The notes beneath the pieces are model-generated. The model did no database searches, was not told where the DNA came from, and saw only the letters and a list, made by a program, of their open reading frames with translations. Positions 34,248 to 45,526 of a stretch of 64,000 nt of DNA are shown one piece after another. The position numbers and the translations under genes are program-made. How positions within the stretch are numbered: position 1 is the stretch's first letter; every line of letters starts with the position of its first letter. This stretch comes from Wickerhamiella versatilis (lineage: Eukaryota), in assembly GCA_030867685.1 (NCBI GenBank), contig JAQOWU010000007.1, forward strand, positions 2,480,001-2,544,000, read 5' to 3'.

Positions 34248-35141
34248 CTATTGTAAGTGCCATTGCAGGGTGACGCCAATTGGCGAGTGATCAGAGAGCA
34301 TTATGCCCTGGTCATTCAAAAAGCTGCTATTATAGTTTTGATATGAGACAGCATTTAAGTCAATTTCCTGGGAGACGCGGTAGAAAATCTTGTCCACAAC
34401 CTCGCAGGTGTTTTCATTTGTGTCACTTTGGCCACACAAAAGGGGATCTGCACCTTTTTTAGGCCGGTCTCCGCCACGTTCAAGTTTTACCCAAGCATCT
34501 GTGAGATTTAGTGCATCGGCAAACTCAGCTATCGTGTCGTTAGTCCGGGTGTAACGGGTATTAGTGTCCCCCATTATAACGACTGCTTTTCCCTGGGAGT
34601 GGTGGATTACGAAGTCCTGCAGCTGGGAAAGGTTATCGCCTCGGCTACCCTCATCACCTAAGTTATCTCCTGCATTTGCATGGAGATTATAGAGATCTAT
34701 TTCCACATTCTCCGCCAGCTCAGTTCGGACGAAAGTGAATCCTTTGGGAGTAAAGCAATCACCCGAATCAAACTGACAGCTATGCCAGTGGACACGTTTG
34801 AGGTCTGACAACGAGTATTTTGAGACTGTGTTTAGTCCACTACCAATACCAGCACCTCCACTAGTGGCTGTGCGATACTTATGCTGATCGGAGGAGTATA
34901 CATATGCGTGATAATTGAAGTCCTCCTGCATGTTGACAATGTCGAATATTCCAATACGCTCGCCTATTGTTACGCTGCTTTTCTCACGATTACTGTCAGC
35001 ACTGTTGATGATGGAAGGCAATCCGGCTACATTGTAGGTTGCAATACGTAGTTCTCCTGCACTACTAGTATTGGTGCTTCCAACTGGACTAGCGCAGGTT
35101 AGAGAGGAAAAAAGGAGGTTAAACCAAATTGGAGACACCAT
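34248..35141 (-). CDS. Secreted endonuclease/exonuclease/phosphatase (EEP) family enzyme
   Basis: Signal peptide from the ATG at 35141; TYNVAGLP, QEDFNYH, NLHANAG, GDTNTRY, VDKIFYR and LSDHSPI EEP motifs. Confidence 0.88.
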   Translation of the reverse strand: MVSPIWFNLLFSSLTCASPVGSTNTSSAGELRIATYNVAGLPSIINSADSNREKSSVTIGERIGIFDIVNMQEDFNYHAYVYSSDQHKYRTATSGGAGIGSGLNTVSKYSLSDLKRVHWHSCQFDSGDCFTPKGFTFVRTELAENVEIDLYNLHANAGDNLGDEGSRGDNLSQLQDFVIHHSQGKAVVIMGDTNTRYTRTNDTIAEFADALNLTDAWVKLERGGDRPKKGADPLLCGQSDTNENTCEVVDKIFYRVSQEIDLNAVSYQNYNSSFLNDQGIMLSDHSPIGVTLQWHLQ

Positions 35142-35187
35142 TTTTGAAAAATTAGTCGTCACGCAAACCTTTTGATACCTTTCGATA

Positions 35188-35195
35188 CCACGTGC
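35188..35195 (-). promoter_or_regulatory. Pho4-type E-box GCACGTGG
   Basis: CCACGTGC on +, about 47 bp upstream of the EEP ATG. Confidence 0.5.
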
Positions 35196-35654
35196 ATGCA
35201 TGCATGCAGGTATAGATGCAGATATTACATTACCTATTGGAGATCTAGGCGCATAGAATACAAAGCCATTAAGTAGCACCAGTTTAAGACGATAAGCTGA
35301 GGTATTTTACGATTCCACCAAATGAGTCGCTTTCAATTGGCTTTCCTGACTCCCTTTCAATACAAGTTGTACATTTAACTTCGCATACGATGGAAAAAGA
35401 AATTATAGGTAGTAATCTAGGGAAAGCTTCATAATCTATGCATTTCATCTTATTGATCTTATTCTTACTGATGATACGCTTAGGCGAGATGTCTGACATC
35501 AACAAAGGACCCTAGCAACCACTTTAGTAACTGGCTCATAGCGGGTAGTCCAGAATAATAAGCTATGGTGATATCTCGAGACAAAATCCCGGTGAGTCAA
35601 TTCCAATTTGCTGATGCCGTATAATAACCCAGGACGCATGGGCCTAGGGTTGGC

Positions 35655-35662
35655 GCACGTGG
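35655..35662 (+). promoter_or_regulatory. Pho4-type E-box GCACGTGG
   Basis: About 60 bp upstream of the second acid phosphatase ATG. Confidence 0.55.
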
Positions 35663-35719
35663 AAACTTTCTGATCTATTGACAAAGCTATAATCAAAGGA
35701 GTCATATTATTTAGCTCAA

Positions 35720-37219
35720 ATGCGATATTTATTTCTGATATGCAGCATTTTTGCGGCTGATGCTCTAGTATTCAGCTCGAACGTCCCTTACTCGCAGACC
35801 TTCGAGGATAACTATAATGTCCTGAAGTATACGGCCAACCACGGACCGTATTCCAATCGTCGTAGTTTTGGCGTATCTTGCGATCCTCCCGATGGTTGCG
35901 AAATTGAGCAGGTTGTTCTTATCATGCGGCATGGTGAGCGATATCCAAGCAAAGGCTCCATGAAGAATATAGAGAAAAGCGTTGGGAAGTTAATGAGCAA
36001 AAAGGGCAGCCTGACAGGCTCTCTAGAATTTCTAAATAATTGGAAGCTGTATTCTAACTCAGAAAGTGGATGGATTGAGGCAGAGTCTACCACAGGCGCC
36101 TACAGTGGGCTGCATGATGCGCATACGGCTGGTACGCTTTATGCAAACCGTTACGGCTACCTATGGGACAAGGATGAAATCATTCCAGTATTTACGAGTG
36201 GGTATGCTCGTGTAATCGATACTGCACGTGAGTTTATGCGCGGCTTTTTCGGCTACAACCTCACACAGGCAGCCCTGAATATCATTCCAGAGACCCCTGA
36301 CCAAGGAGCGAACACTCTTGTTCCTCAATGCCTGAACACCTCTATTGGTAAACCCGCCACTTGCTCAAATAACTGGGACTACCCTCCTTTCCATCAATTG
36401 GCCAAAAAGTGGAACTCAGAGTACGGGGTATCGCTTGAATGGAGAGACATCTTTAACATCGCTCTAATGACTATCTATGAATTGAATGTCGTCGGAAGCT
36501 CTCCGTGGGTTAGTGCAATTCCTAGTGATGTGTGGGTTGCCACAGAGCATTATCTTAGCTCCCAGTTTTACTGCCAATCGGGTCCTGGTTCACCCGAAGC
36601 CATTGCAAGGGGCACAAACTTCTTCAATGCGTCCCGCACACTCCTTATGCAGGGCCCCGAGAATGGCATGCCATTGTCCTTAAACTTCGCCCATGATGGA
36701 GATATTGCCGAATTGCATGCTGCAACAGGATTGGAGCCGGCCCTCGGCTTTAACGATTCATATATCCAGCTGCACCCCGGATACCACGCAGCAGACATAA
36801 TTCCTATGGGAGGCCGTGTGATATTCGAGCGAATGAGGTGTTCCAATTCCGACTTCAACGCGACATGGACTGAAAAATACCCTTTAAGCGTCAACATGAC
36901 TGATGCCATCGATAGCGTGAATAGCACCAAGGGTTCCGATGTATATGTGCGTATCATTTTCAATGAGGCTGTGGTTCCTATCGAGAAATGTCAGTCAGGT
37001 CCGGGCCTCTCCTGCCCGCTTCAGGACTACTCAAACTATGTAGACTCTCAGATTTCCGGGCGATTATTCGCCGACGTGTGCAATCTCACTGACAACGCAC
37101 CAAAGCACCTATCATTCTGGTGGAACTACAATACCACCACTAATCTTAACAAGATGAATGACACCTTGGGATTCCAAGCGAAGGGCACCAATTATCTTGG
37201 ACAAGCAATTGGTAGCTGA
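35720..37219 (+). CDS. Secreted histidine acid phosphatase/phytase (Pho5/Pho3 family)
   Basis: Signal peptide; intact RHGERYP and NFAHD; PMGGRVIFERMRC; CQSGPGLSCPL; many N-glycosylation sequons. Confidence 0.95.
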   Translation: MRYLFLICSIFAADALVFSSNVPYSQTFEDNYNVLKYTANHGPYSNRRSFGVSCDPPDGCEIEQVVLIMRHGERYPSKGSMKNIEKSVGKLMSKKGSLTGSLEFLNNWKLYSNSESGWIEAESTTGAYSGLHDAHTAGTLYANRYGYLWDKDEIIPVFTSGYARVIDTAREFMRGFFGYNLTQAALNIIPETPDQGANTLVPQCLNTSIGKPATCSNNWDYPPFHQLAKKWNSEYGVSLEWRDIFNIALMTIYELNVVGSSPWVSAIPSDVWVATEHYLSSQFYCQSGPGSPEAIARGTNFFNASRTLLMQGPENGMPLSLNFAHDGDIAELHAATGLEPALGFNDSYIQLHPGYHAADIIPMGGRVIFERMRCSNSDFNATWTEKYPLSVNMTDAIDSVNSTKGSDVYVRIIFNEAVVPIEKCQSGPGLSCPLQDYSNYVDSQISGRLFADVCNLTDNAPKHLSFWWNYNTTTNLNKMNDTLGFQAKGTNYLGQAIGS

Positions 37220-38433
37220 CTAATTTCTCGAAGCAGATAAGAACCAATGTAAACTGAATGAATCTTGGCTCATAATTTAACCTTTTGCATATTCTGGTAC
37301 TGAGTATGATTAGACTAGGATCCAACAATGGTCTGAAATATAGCCGATGCGGTGTCCCTGGGCTCACATAAAACGTCTGTGTTTATCTAGCAAGCGATAA
37401 TGTAACTAGTATCAAGACGAATCATCTTTTTTCTTCATAGCTGTACCACAATAATGCTATTGATCCACGTACTCCGGCCACATGGGCCCACCGCTGCGTG
37501 GAGCTGCCAAGTGCCGCTAGCAGCTCAATACCCTATTCCAGGGTAGGCAGCAAACGCAAGAAATATTGACATCTAAACATCAGCATGAGGATAATTTACT
37601 CATCACTCAACTTTCCGAATGATTCTGAACGGTTTTAAGATGAAATATTTTGGGCGCAACCAAATCCGCGGAGGATAAGAGGATATGCTCGAGCGGCTCG
37701 TGCCTACCGTTCTTGGGCTTGGTTAAAAAACCCAAGTCTCTGAAAATGCCGCTGCCACTTTCCCGCTACGAAAGTAGCCAGACTGTAGTCATTTGCTCTT
37801 ACGAGATCGCATTTGTAACTGTCAAATGCGCTTAAGAGTCACAACTATTCCATGCTTTGCGAATTAAGCTCTACACGGGCAGCAAAATCCCTGAAACATG
37901 CCTACTCGAAATATAGTTAAAAGTTAATAACAGAATGAAATACATAAACTTCGAATCTCGAACTGAAAGCTTAAGCTGGTCTTTGGCTGGGCGAAATAAA
38001 TATTATCTAGTTAGTAGGACTACAAAACAGATAGAGATTAAATTCACCACATACTCGTAGCCCTTAAATTTTTTTCAAGCCTAGTTGGACAATGCCAGAT
38101 ATCTCACTCCTCTGAACTTATGATAATGAGAACTGGTAACGCTTAAGTCACGGAAAGGTGGGACAATATCCCGCTATGACATTAATATTAAGATTAGTAT
38201 TATTGATGGCGTCGTAAATTCAACTTACATGCGGTACAACTTTTGCGCCCGGTTCATTAGCACCGGGAACAAATCTCAATCCAGTTTCAACGCATCTTAG
38301 ACATGATTATGCTCATAAAAAATAATAAAGCATTTGAATCTTAGTAGCCGTCGAGTGAACCTTTCAGCATATTTTTGGAGGCATCTATTTTCGGCCCTCA
38401 TATGTTTGCTGGATATAATTGTTGCAGCAAGTT

Positions 38434-38979
38434 TCATTCTTCTCGTCGGATATCTTGCAAAGGTTCTTCCCCTGCAGCCCGACTGGATTCAGAGTGAGTC
38501 TCGTTACGGTCATCAAAAGGATTTTCGTCATCCTTTTTACTATACTTTTGTGCGAATAAACGAGACTCATAAAATATGAAAATGAGTATTAAAATGCCTG
38601 TTATCCATAAAAAAGCATCTAGTGCTCTCTGAGAAACGTGTTCTGAGTCCAGCTCATTTAAGACGATGGCTGCAATCGCCAGCGTTATACCACCGACAAG
38701 ACTGAATGAAAAGATAAATATGGAAATAAGGATTTTGTTAGGTAGCAGGAATATATCGGTAAGAATCTTCCATAGAGCAAAAGCCAGTACCAAGAAGTTT
38801 GCTGCCAAAACAGCACTTCCTAGCGAAGAGCTACCCCAGGGTTGGCTACGTAAATGAACCATGATCCCAAGAGCAATGCTATCGGTGATAAGAATCAGTA
38901 CGCTGAAGCCTGTGCGAATGATGTTCTTCCAATCCATGGCAGAACGCGTGCCCATCAGGTGACAAAGCAAGGCAGCCAT
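38434..38979 (-). CDS. Small 4-TM membrane protein (MARVEL-like topology)
   Basis: Four hydrophobic segments followed by an acidic tail; ATG start. Confidence 0.65.
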   Translation of the reverse strand: MAALLCHLMGTRSAMDWKNIIRTGFSVLILITDSIALGIMVHLRSQPWGSSSLGSAVLAANFLVLAFALWKILTDIFLLPNKILISIFIFSFSLVGGITLAIAAIVLNELDSEHVSQRALDAFLWITGILILIFIFYESRLFAQKYSKKDDENPFDDRNETHSESSRAAGEEPLQDIRREE

Positions 38980-39081
38980 TGCTACGTCATGTGGATTTAT
39001 GCATGTGCTTATCCGTGTGAAGCATTCAATGGCATGCAGATGCCTCTTTTGTTTTGGAATATAGAGTCGATATTCAGCATT

Positions 39082-39657
39082 CTATATGGCCAGATAAAAC
39101 CACAGGCATGATCCGAAGTAGTTCATGGCAGAGAATATAATAGGACTTGTAATATCGCTAAAGTCAATCAGTTCCCAAAATATGCCGAAATTAAATAATT
39201 TGGAGCTGAAATCGTTCAAAAACTGCACTAAGTACACAGAAATAAACCACATAGCAGCTCGGAAAAGCCTCAAATCGTCCACAGTATCATATGGACTTGT
39301 GCTTTGGACTTTTAAAGGCTCCCAACAGGCCGCGATAAACGGTACGACAAAGATGGACAGCAGAAGTGGCCTACCAGTTCTGGGAATGAAGCATATCAAG
39401 TTTGAGAGTAGAGATAACCATATATAGACACCTTTGTCTTCGAAGTTATCTAGTCCACCTCGATTCTGTTGGGAGATCATCGACAAATGGACCAAAACTA
39501 TATGAGCTAACTGATAGCATATTCCAAAATGGATTTCCGCATCCGAAGTTAATATTACCAATGTTGCTACTGATCCTGAGAGGGTTAGAATGAGATACAA
39601 TAAGAGATGAAAGCTCTCAGGTGGATTGAAAGAAGCAAGAGTAGCAGATAAGTACAA
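39082..39657 (-). pseudogene. Hydrophobic multi-TM ORF, possibly a degenerate tandem relative of the neighbouring 4-TM gene
   Basis: No ATG at the 5' end; the upstream in-frame ATGs are cut off by TAA/TAG. FRAAMWFISVYLV loosely resembles RALDAFLWITGILI of the neighbour. Confidence 0.35.
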
Positions 39658-39759
39658 TAAAAAAACATCTTGTGGCTAATACATTTGGGTTGAATTTGAG
39701 CGTTAAGACTCCATGTAGCATCTTTGATATAGTGGTGCTATGTGAACTCTGAACTTAAA

Positions 39760-41079
39760 TTACTGGCTATCTGTATAATTGCACTGACCAGGATACTTCC
39801 GTTCATCAAATGGAAGCGGGAACAGGCCGTATTCTATCAACAGTCTCAAATCCATCATAATACGATTTTCTGTCTTATAAGTCCAGAAAATCCAACCATT
39901 ACTGGCCCGCTCAAATCCATCAAGTTGTGCTTCCACATACTTACGAGTGGTTTCCTTATATTCTGAGCTCCAATAAGAAGAGCTGATATTCAAAACTCCC
40001 GAGCATTGGGGAATTGAATTTGATGAACCTGAGAACTCTCTTTCACACTCTGATCTCAGAGCAGAAAATTCCCCTATTATATGATTTCTCGTATCATTAC
40101 CATACCAGGTGGGGATGTTGTGACACGAATCCGGTATGTTTTCTTGGGCTCTAGAAGGTGCAAATGGATCTGTCGTATTAATGTCGTAGTAGTGATAGTC
40201 GTAAACAACCCTTTCATCATCAAGAAACCAGTCATTCGGCATAGGCGGACCGACACTGTAGTTATTTATGATAACACTGACACCCTTGGGTATCTCCTTG
40301 ATGGCCCTGGTATAGAAAGCATGCAGCTTTTTAAGATACTCCTGATCATTCATACCAATCAAAAATACTGGACCAAAAGGATTTGTTGATGGTAAGATCG
40401 GTTCGTTCATCAATTCTATTCCGGTAACCGTGCCTGCCCAATTCGTAGTCACGTTTCCAGCAATCCTGCGAATCGTCTCTATTGTGTCTTCGATATCGCC
40501 TTCACTCTCTATCCATGGTGTCCCAAGCTCATCGATATTCTCATAATTAGCCCAGCCAGGGACTATATGCAGGTCAATGATCACCTGAATTCCATATTTA
40601 CCGGCCCATTTGATTGCACGATTCAGATAGGGTAGCTGGCCATCAACATATGGATCAGTGGGACGTAAAAGAAAGGCATAATATCCCACGGGAATCCGTA
40701 TGGTATTGATTCCCCAGGAGGCCATGGTTTTAAAGTCGGATTCTTGGTAAAACGTATCCCAATGTGGCTCGAGGATCTTTTTTGACTTCTCTTTGCCAAA
40801 ATTCCACGTCAAAGAATGCTCAGTAAGTGCATTAGAGTTCTCAAATAGAGAGGGAGTGAGGAAAAACTCAACTTCGAGCCATCCTCCTAGATTGACACCT
40901 CGAATTGGTGAGCTGAAGTCGATACTAGAGTTAACGTAAGTAGCAGGAGAGCTCGGAGAAGCTGTTGCGGAAGGAGATGTGGTAGTGGCACTAACATCAT
41001 ATGGTGGAATTGTCTCGAAAGTTATCCCTGCTGAGCAAGTCCCCGAAAGCAGAGCAAGTGCTCTAATAATCTTCCACAT
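39760..41079 (-). CDS. Secreted GH5 exo-beta-1,3-glucanase-like protein, paralog of 29443..30693
   Basis: MWKIIRALALL signal, S/T linker, IRGVNLGGWL, ELMNEP, GEFS, GWIFWTYK, RKYPGQC. Confidence 0.92.
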   Translation of the reverse strand: MWKIIRALALLSGTCSAGITFETIPPYDVSATTTSPSATASPSSPATYVNSSIDFSSPIRGVNLGGWLEVEFFLTPSLFENSNALTEHSLTWNFGKEKSKKILEPHWDTFYQESDFKTMASWGINTIRIPVGYYAFLLRPTDPYVDGQLPYLNRAIKWAGKYGIQVIIDLHIVPGWANYENIDELGTPWIESEGDIEDTIETIRRIAGNVTTNWAGTVTGIELMNEPILPSTNPFGPVFLIGMNDQEYLKKLHAFYTRAIKEIPKGVSVIINNYSVGPPMPNDWFLDDERVVYDYHYYDINTTDPFAPSRAQENIPDSCHNIPTWYGNDTRNHIIGEFSALRSECEREFSGSSNSIPQCSGVLNISSSYWSSEYKETTRKYVEAQLDGFERASNGWIFWTYKTENRIMMDLRLLIEYGLFPLPFDERKYPGQCNYTDSQ

Positions 41080-42265
41080 CTGTTCCTTGATGGAGAGAGA
41101 CTCTGAATCGCTTGAGTAAGCGTTGATCGCCATTACATGAATAAGAATTGAGCGAGGAGGTCAAATACCGATGATGTAATAGAGGATCTGCACAGTGGTC
41201 GTGGACGAGGATCGCCAACCAGTCGACTGATTATCATTAAACCTATGCTGTTAATTAAGCCTATACTGCTCGTTTGAGTAGTATTTTCCTAACTAGAACG
41301 ACTTGAGCAACACAATACAGGATACAATCTAGACCAGTATGTGCAGACAATACTTACGAGAGTTCATATAATGAGTAGAGCTATGATTACCAAGTAGAAC
41401 TGAAATATGACGTAAAAGAGGGGGGTCTGTATTATATACTACTTTTTTGATCAGAATCATCGCATCTTCCAATCCGGCTTTAAGTGTAAATGTACGTGAC
41501 TTTTTAAACATGCTGTTTGACGATCTCAAGGAAAGTGGCCTCTACCCATGTCTAGTGTCCTATGAAAGCCACTCGAAATAAACCGCGGATAGCTGGTTTC
41601 TTGCTCCTGCATACAGATCTGCATGAACATCGTTATGTCAATCCAGCCCGAAGTACCTAGTTAGTAACATAACGTCTTTATTTGCTGCACTTATTACCTA
41701 CTCTCTAATGTAATGACGTGTCTAAATTTTCATGGTTTTAGTGTATGCCGTCTGCGAATTTAAAGCACTATAACCCACTATTAACATCATGGGAGAAGCC
41801 CTTAGTAATAGTACTGTTTTATTTTTTTAGTGTGCAAGATTTCAACCTGTATATTGTCTAATACAAGAGTTATACATGAGCCCTATTTCATGCTTAATAT
41901 CCGCATGTTGATCATACTGGCCTTACCTTCTCTTGTTACTACTTGGAAGCGATCGACCTAAGGGTTAACCTAGCCCAGACTTACTAGCCAAGGCGGGCTG
42001 TATGTGATACTGATATCACTACTTGAGATTTAGAACGTTTCTCTTACGAGACAAATGAGCCTGCACGTAATCGTATTAGGTTTGGAACCAGTGCTCTTTT
42101 GAAATTTTATGATCAAGCCGGAATATTTTGTGGATGTTCGGACAGTGTAAGTGACATGTGAAAATGATACTAGCACCGAGATATCCAACACAATTGAGCT
42201 ATCTTGCATTATGGTTTCTCGATATTCAAAGAGAGTAGCTTTTGAGTAGAAGGTGCGTTACCATT

Positions 42266-42433
42266 TAGAACAAGGATAGCAGGCTCATCTTGCATCTGCC
42301 CTTCTAGCTTATATTGCCTAAAGCTAAATATTTATCTTGCTGCCACGTAAACTCTTCAGATGATTTAATTTTTTTTGAAATTTATTTTGTGTCCCGTTTT
42401 ATCGTTTCAATCTTGGACGGGACCGTCAAAATC
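42266..42433 (+). repeat. ~167-bp direct repeat, left copy
   Basis: tagaacaa-gatagcaggctcatcttgcatc...gcct-aagctaa...tttatcttgctgc...gggaccgt-aaaatc is shared with 45360-45526. Confidence 0.85.
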
Positions 42434-42993
42434 TTAGCCAACAGTTCAGAGGGAACGAAGGGTAATATTGAGTTTCGGGTTTCCTTACCGATGTCCCCTC
42501 GCTAGAGATCATTTCACTCCGAATCCTAGAATCAGTCCACCTTTGGAAATGCCTGTAGAATACGCTAGCCGAGTTTGCAGTTTTCTGACCAAGGTATGCT
42601 GACATATCACACATGCAAGGGATCCAAGCTGAACCGGGGGTGCGGGAGTGGTTTGTAACCCCTACATCTTGCATATTCATGTTTTCTGCAGCTCAGCCCC
42701 TACCCATACCAAAAAACACCTCGGAGAAATTCCACACGAAGAGGACCACTGCGTATTGTGCTCCGCCTCATTTCAGTCTGCTTCTCACGGCAAGAATGGA
42801 ATCACTAATGCAATATATCACTGGTGTGATAGGAAATCACTAGTTCTAATTTAATTGCCAGATACATAATATCAACTTTTGCTTTACTACTAGAGACTGA
42901 CTAGAGCCATCATAGTACGGAGGTGGGCGACTGGTCATATCAGAGAGGATTGAAAGGAAAAAAAGCTACTTGCTATAGTTTATATTATCATTA

Positions 42994-43677
42994 TCAATAC
43001 AGCAAATTTATACTGCTCGTCAGGTTGTTAAGAGCGGACCCAACCTCGTCAATTTGGCCCCCAAGGGTTTCTTCAACAGTGGGTACAGATTTCAATGAGT
43101 CAAGTTCACTGACAACAGGCTTAACCTCCTCGGTAAGATTGTGAGAAAAAATATTAATTGGTGACTTTAACTCAGCCTGCTTTCCCCCATGGATTTTCGT
43201 AGTCAGAAGCTTCGCAACTTCTTTGATCAGTTGCTCATCAAGTTCTAGGAGCTTTTTCAGCTCGTCAAGGAATGGTGTGAAAACTGGCTCCAGCCCCGTA
43301 ACTGTCTGGTTTGCAAAGTCGAAACCGTCCTCAACAAGGCATTTCCATGGAGCACCGGTAATACTGGATAGGACATCCGAAAAAATACTTCCTCCCTCAC
43401 TCACAGAGTCTTTTACATCGTTCAACGCGCTAGTTGATTTCAATAGTTTAGAGATACACGTACTGACATCGCCAGATAAGCAAGTGGAATCACCAGTTAC
43501 AGTATCAATGATATCTGTCACATCCTTGACAATACCATTTATCTTGGGCAAAGAGTCTTGAAACTTATCCTCCACATTGCCAAAGAGCTGCTTAACGGTA
43601 TCCTGCGGCGGACACGACGAGCTGGCTGTACTCAGCGCTAAACAAAGGATAGCAGTATATCTCATGGAAAACGACAT
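42994..43677 (-). CDS. Secreted amphipathic alpha-helical protein of unknown function (paralog A)
   Basis: Signal peptide, 227 aa, 4 Cys in the mature part, heptad-like hydrophobic pattern; aligns with 44172..44897. Confidence 0.85.
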   Translation of the reverse strand: MSFSMRYTAILCLALSTASSSCPPQDTVKQLFGNVEDKFQDSLPKINGIVKDVTDIIDTVTGDSTCLSGDVSTCISKLLKSTSALNDVKDSVSEGGSIFSDVLSSITGAPWKCLVEDGFDFANQTVTGLEPVFTPFLDELKKLLELDEQLIKEVAKLLTTKIHGGKQAELKSPINIFSHNLTEEVKPVVSELDSLKSVPTVEETLGGQIDEVGSALNNLTSSINLLY

Positions 43678-44171
43678 GTTCGAGCAAATTATTTTACTAA
43701 TAAATATACTTGCTGCAGCTCGTTATCCTACATAGTAACAGAGGCTGTGTGCCGATCCTCGATCTTCTTCATACCAAGCCTGCATGAACATTTTTTCTAT
43801 GCAATGCTAGTAGATGACTCCACGAAAATTTGGATCTTTACGCGATCAGCTTCTCCCGTGCACTTGGAAGCGGCTTTCATTGCACATTCAGACAAACGCT
43901 ATTATGCGGGAGAAAATCGGTGCAGTAACTGGGTAAGGGTGCGTACACAAAACCTCGTGTGGACTAAGGACGTGTGCTGTCTGACCAGATAACAAAGCTA
44001 GATTCCTTGCAAAAACATATCATTTCAATGATATTTCATAAACTAGATCCTAGAATTTTTTGAGAGCTTTTCTGCCTTCGAGGAGCTGACGTTAATGGAA
44101 TATGATTTGCGGTGCATTTGTAATCAACATATACATATACATCAATAATCTCAGCATTCCGCTATTCCAAC

Positions 44172-44897
44172 ATGCTCAGAAATTTTGCTTATTGGAGCTT
44201 GGTCGTATCCATCATTGCTACTTGTGTAGTGGCGTCTCCTATTGTCGCGAATACCGAGGTCAAGCGTGGAAATTGCGATATCACCGACTCCATCAAAGGT
44301 ATCATCAGCGACCTGAAGAGTGACTTTGGCAAGGTCGTACCCATGATCAAGGACATTGGAGATGATTTGTACAAGGTTGCTAGTACGTTCTCTTCCGATA
44401 GTGGCTGTGCGACTGCACTTGTCACCTGCATTTCGACTATCGCTGAAGGCTACACAACCTGTGGCTCCCTTGCGGCATGCTCTTCTCTGCTAGGAAATAC
44501 CGGGTTTATTTCAACTATTACAGATTCGGTATCCAAGTCTACAGAAGTAGTCGGGGATGCCTTGAACTTGATAGGAGAGATTCCTTTGTCTTGTTTGTCT
44601 GATTCTGCAATCACCGCTATTTGGCCCGTGCTTGAGTCCACGCTAGGTCACGTTTCTAATTTTGGCAAGGGAGTCATCCATATTATCAATGCTGCCGAAA
44701 AGGCTGAGATATCATTGGCCAACACTGGCTTCAAAGTATTTGTGGACCATAGCACTGAAATCCTCGAGGATACGATCGATATTGCCAAACCGATTGTATC
44801 GCATGCTCCGTTTTTTAATACCACCCTAGTCAACTCTTTGAATGATCTCGAATTTGTTTTCGACTCATTGAAGAACGTAACAACCAGTGTACTGTAA
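44172..44897 (+). CDS. Secreted amphipathic alpha-helical protein of unknown function with a Kex2 KR site (paralog B)
   Basis: Signal peptide, propeptide SPIVANTEVKR, 241 aa; aligns with 42994..43677. Confidence 0.85.
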   Translation: MLRNFAYWSLVVSIIATCVVASPIVANTEVKRGNCDITDSIKGIISDLKSDFGKVVPMIKDIGDDLYKVASTFSSDSGCATALVTCISTIAEGYTTCGSLAACSSLLGNTGFISTITDSVSKSTEVVGDALNLIGEIPLSCLSDSAITAIWPVLESTLGHVSNFGKGVIHIINAAEKAEISLANTGFKVFVDHSTEILEDTIDIAKPIVSHAPFFNTTLVNSLNDLEFVFDSLKNVTTSVL

Positions 44898-45359
44898 GTT
44901 AAAAGTAATTACAATGCTATGTCGTCATAGGATGCTCAAAACTATTTCATGGACTTGTTAGGTGATTGTGTTAACCTGGGTGACGATACAGTAATACAAT
45001 TAGTCTACTTGGGTCATTTGCATGGCGAGATAGGTCTTCAGTGTGAAGAATACTTCATTTTTTCTATCAGTGCATACCAGGGTGTCTAGCTTACTTAAAT
45101 TCGTGTTGTCGATGCATGTGGCATAAAAAAAATTTCTGCATCCAAGATTAGCAGCATGATATTTGAAAGTTTCCAAGCACAGTAGCGAAGAAATAAGAAC
45201 TCAATAACTTTCTTATTTTTATTGCTGTTTCTTTTTTAATCTCCAGCCTGCAAAAAAAGACTTGTGACGCCCAAGAATGTAAAACGGGTCTTATACGGTC
45301 TAAAATTCAAGGAATAGTTGCAGACTTTTGATATATGCCACCTTTTTGGGCTAGATGTC

Positions 45360-45526
45360 TAGAACAATGATAGCAGGCTCATCTTGCATCCACTCTTCTG
45401 CCTTTTAATGCCTGAAGCTAACCTTTTATCTTGCTGCTACATAAGCTTTTCACATAATTTCATTTATTTTGAAAATTTATCATGTCCCCTCATCTAGTTT
45501 TAATCCAGAATGGGACCGTTAAAATC
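45360..45526 (+). repeat. ~167-bp direct repeat, right copy
   Basis: Matches 42266-42433 with scattered substitutions. Confidence 0.85.
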
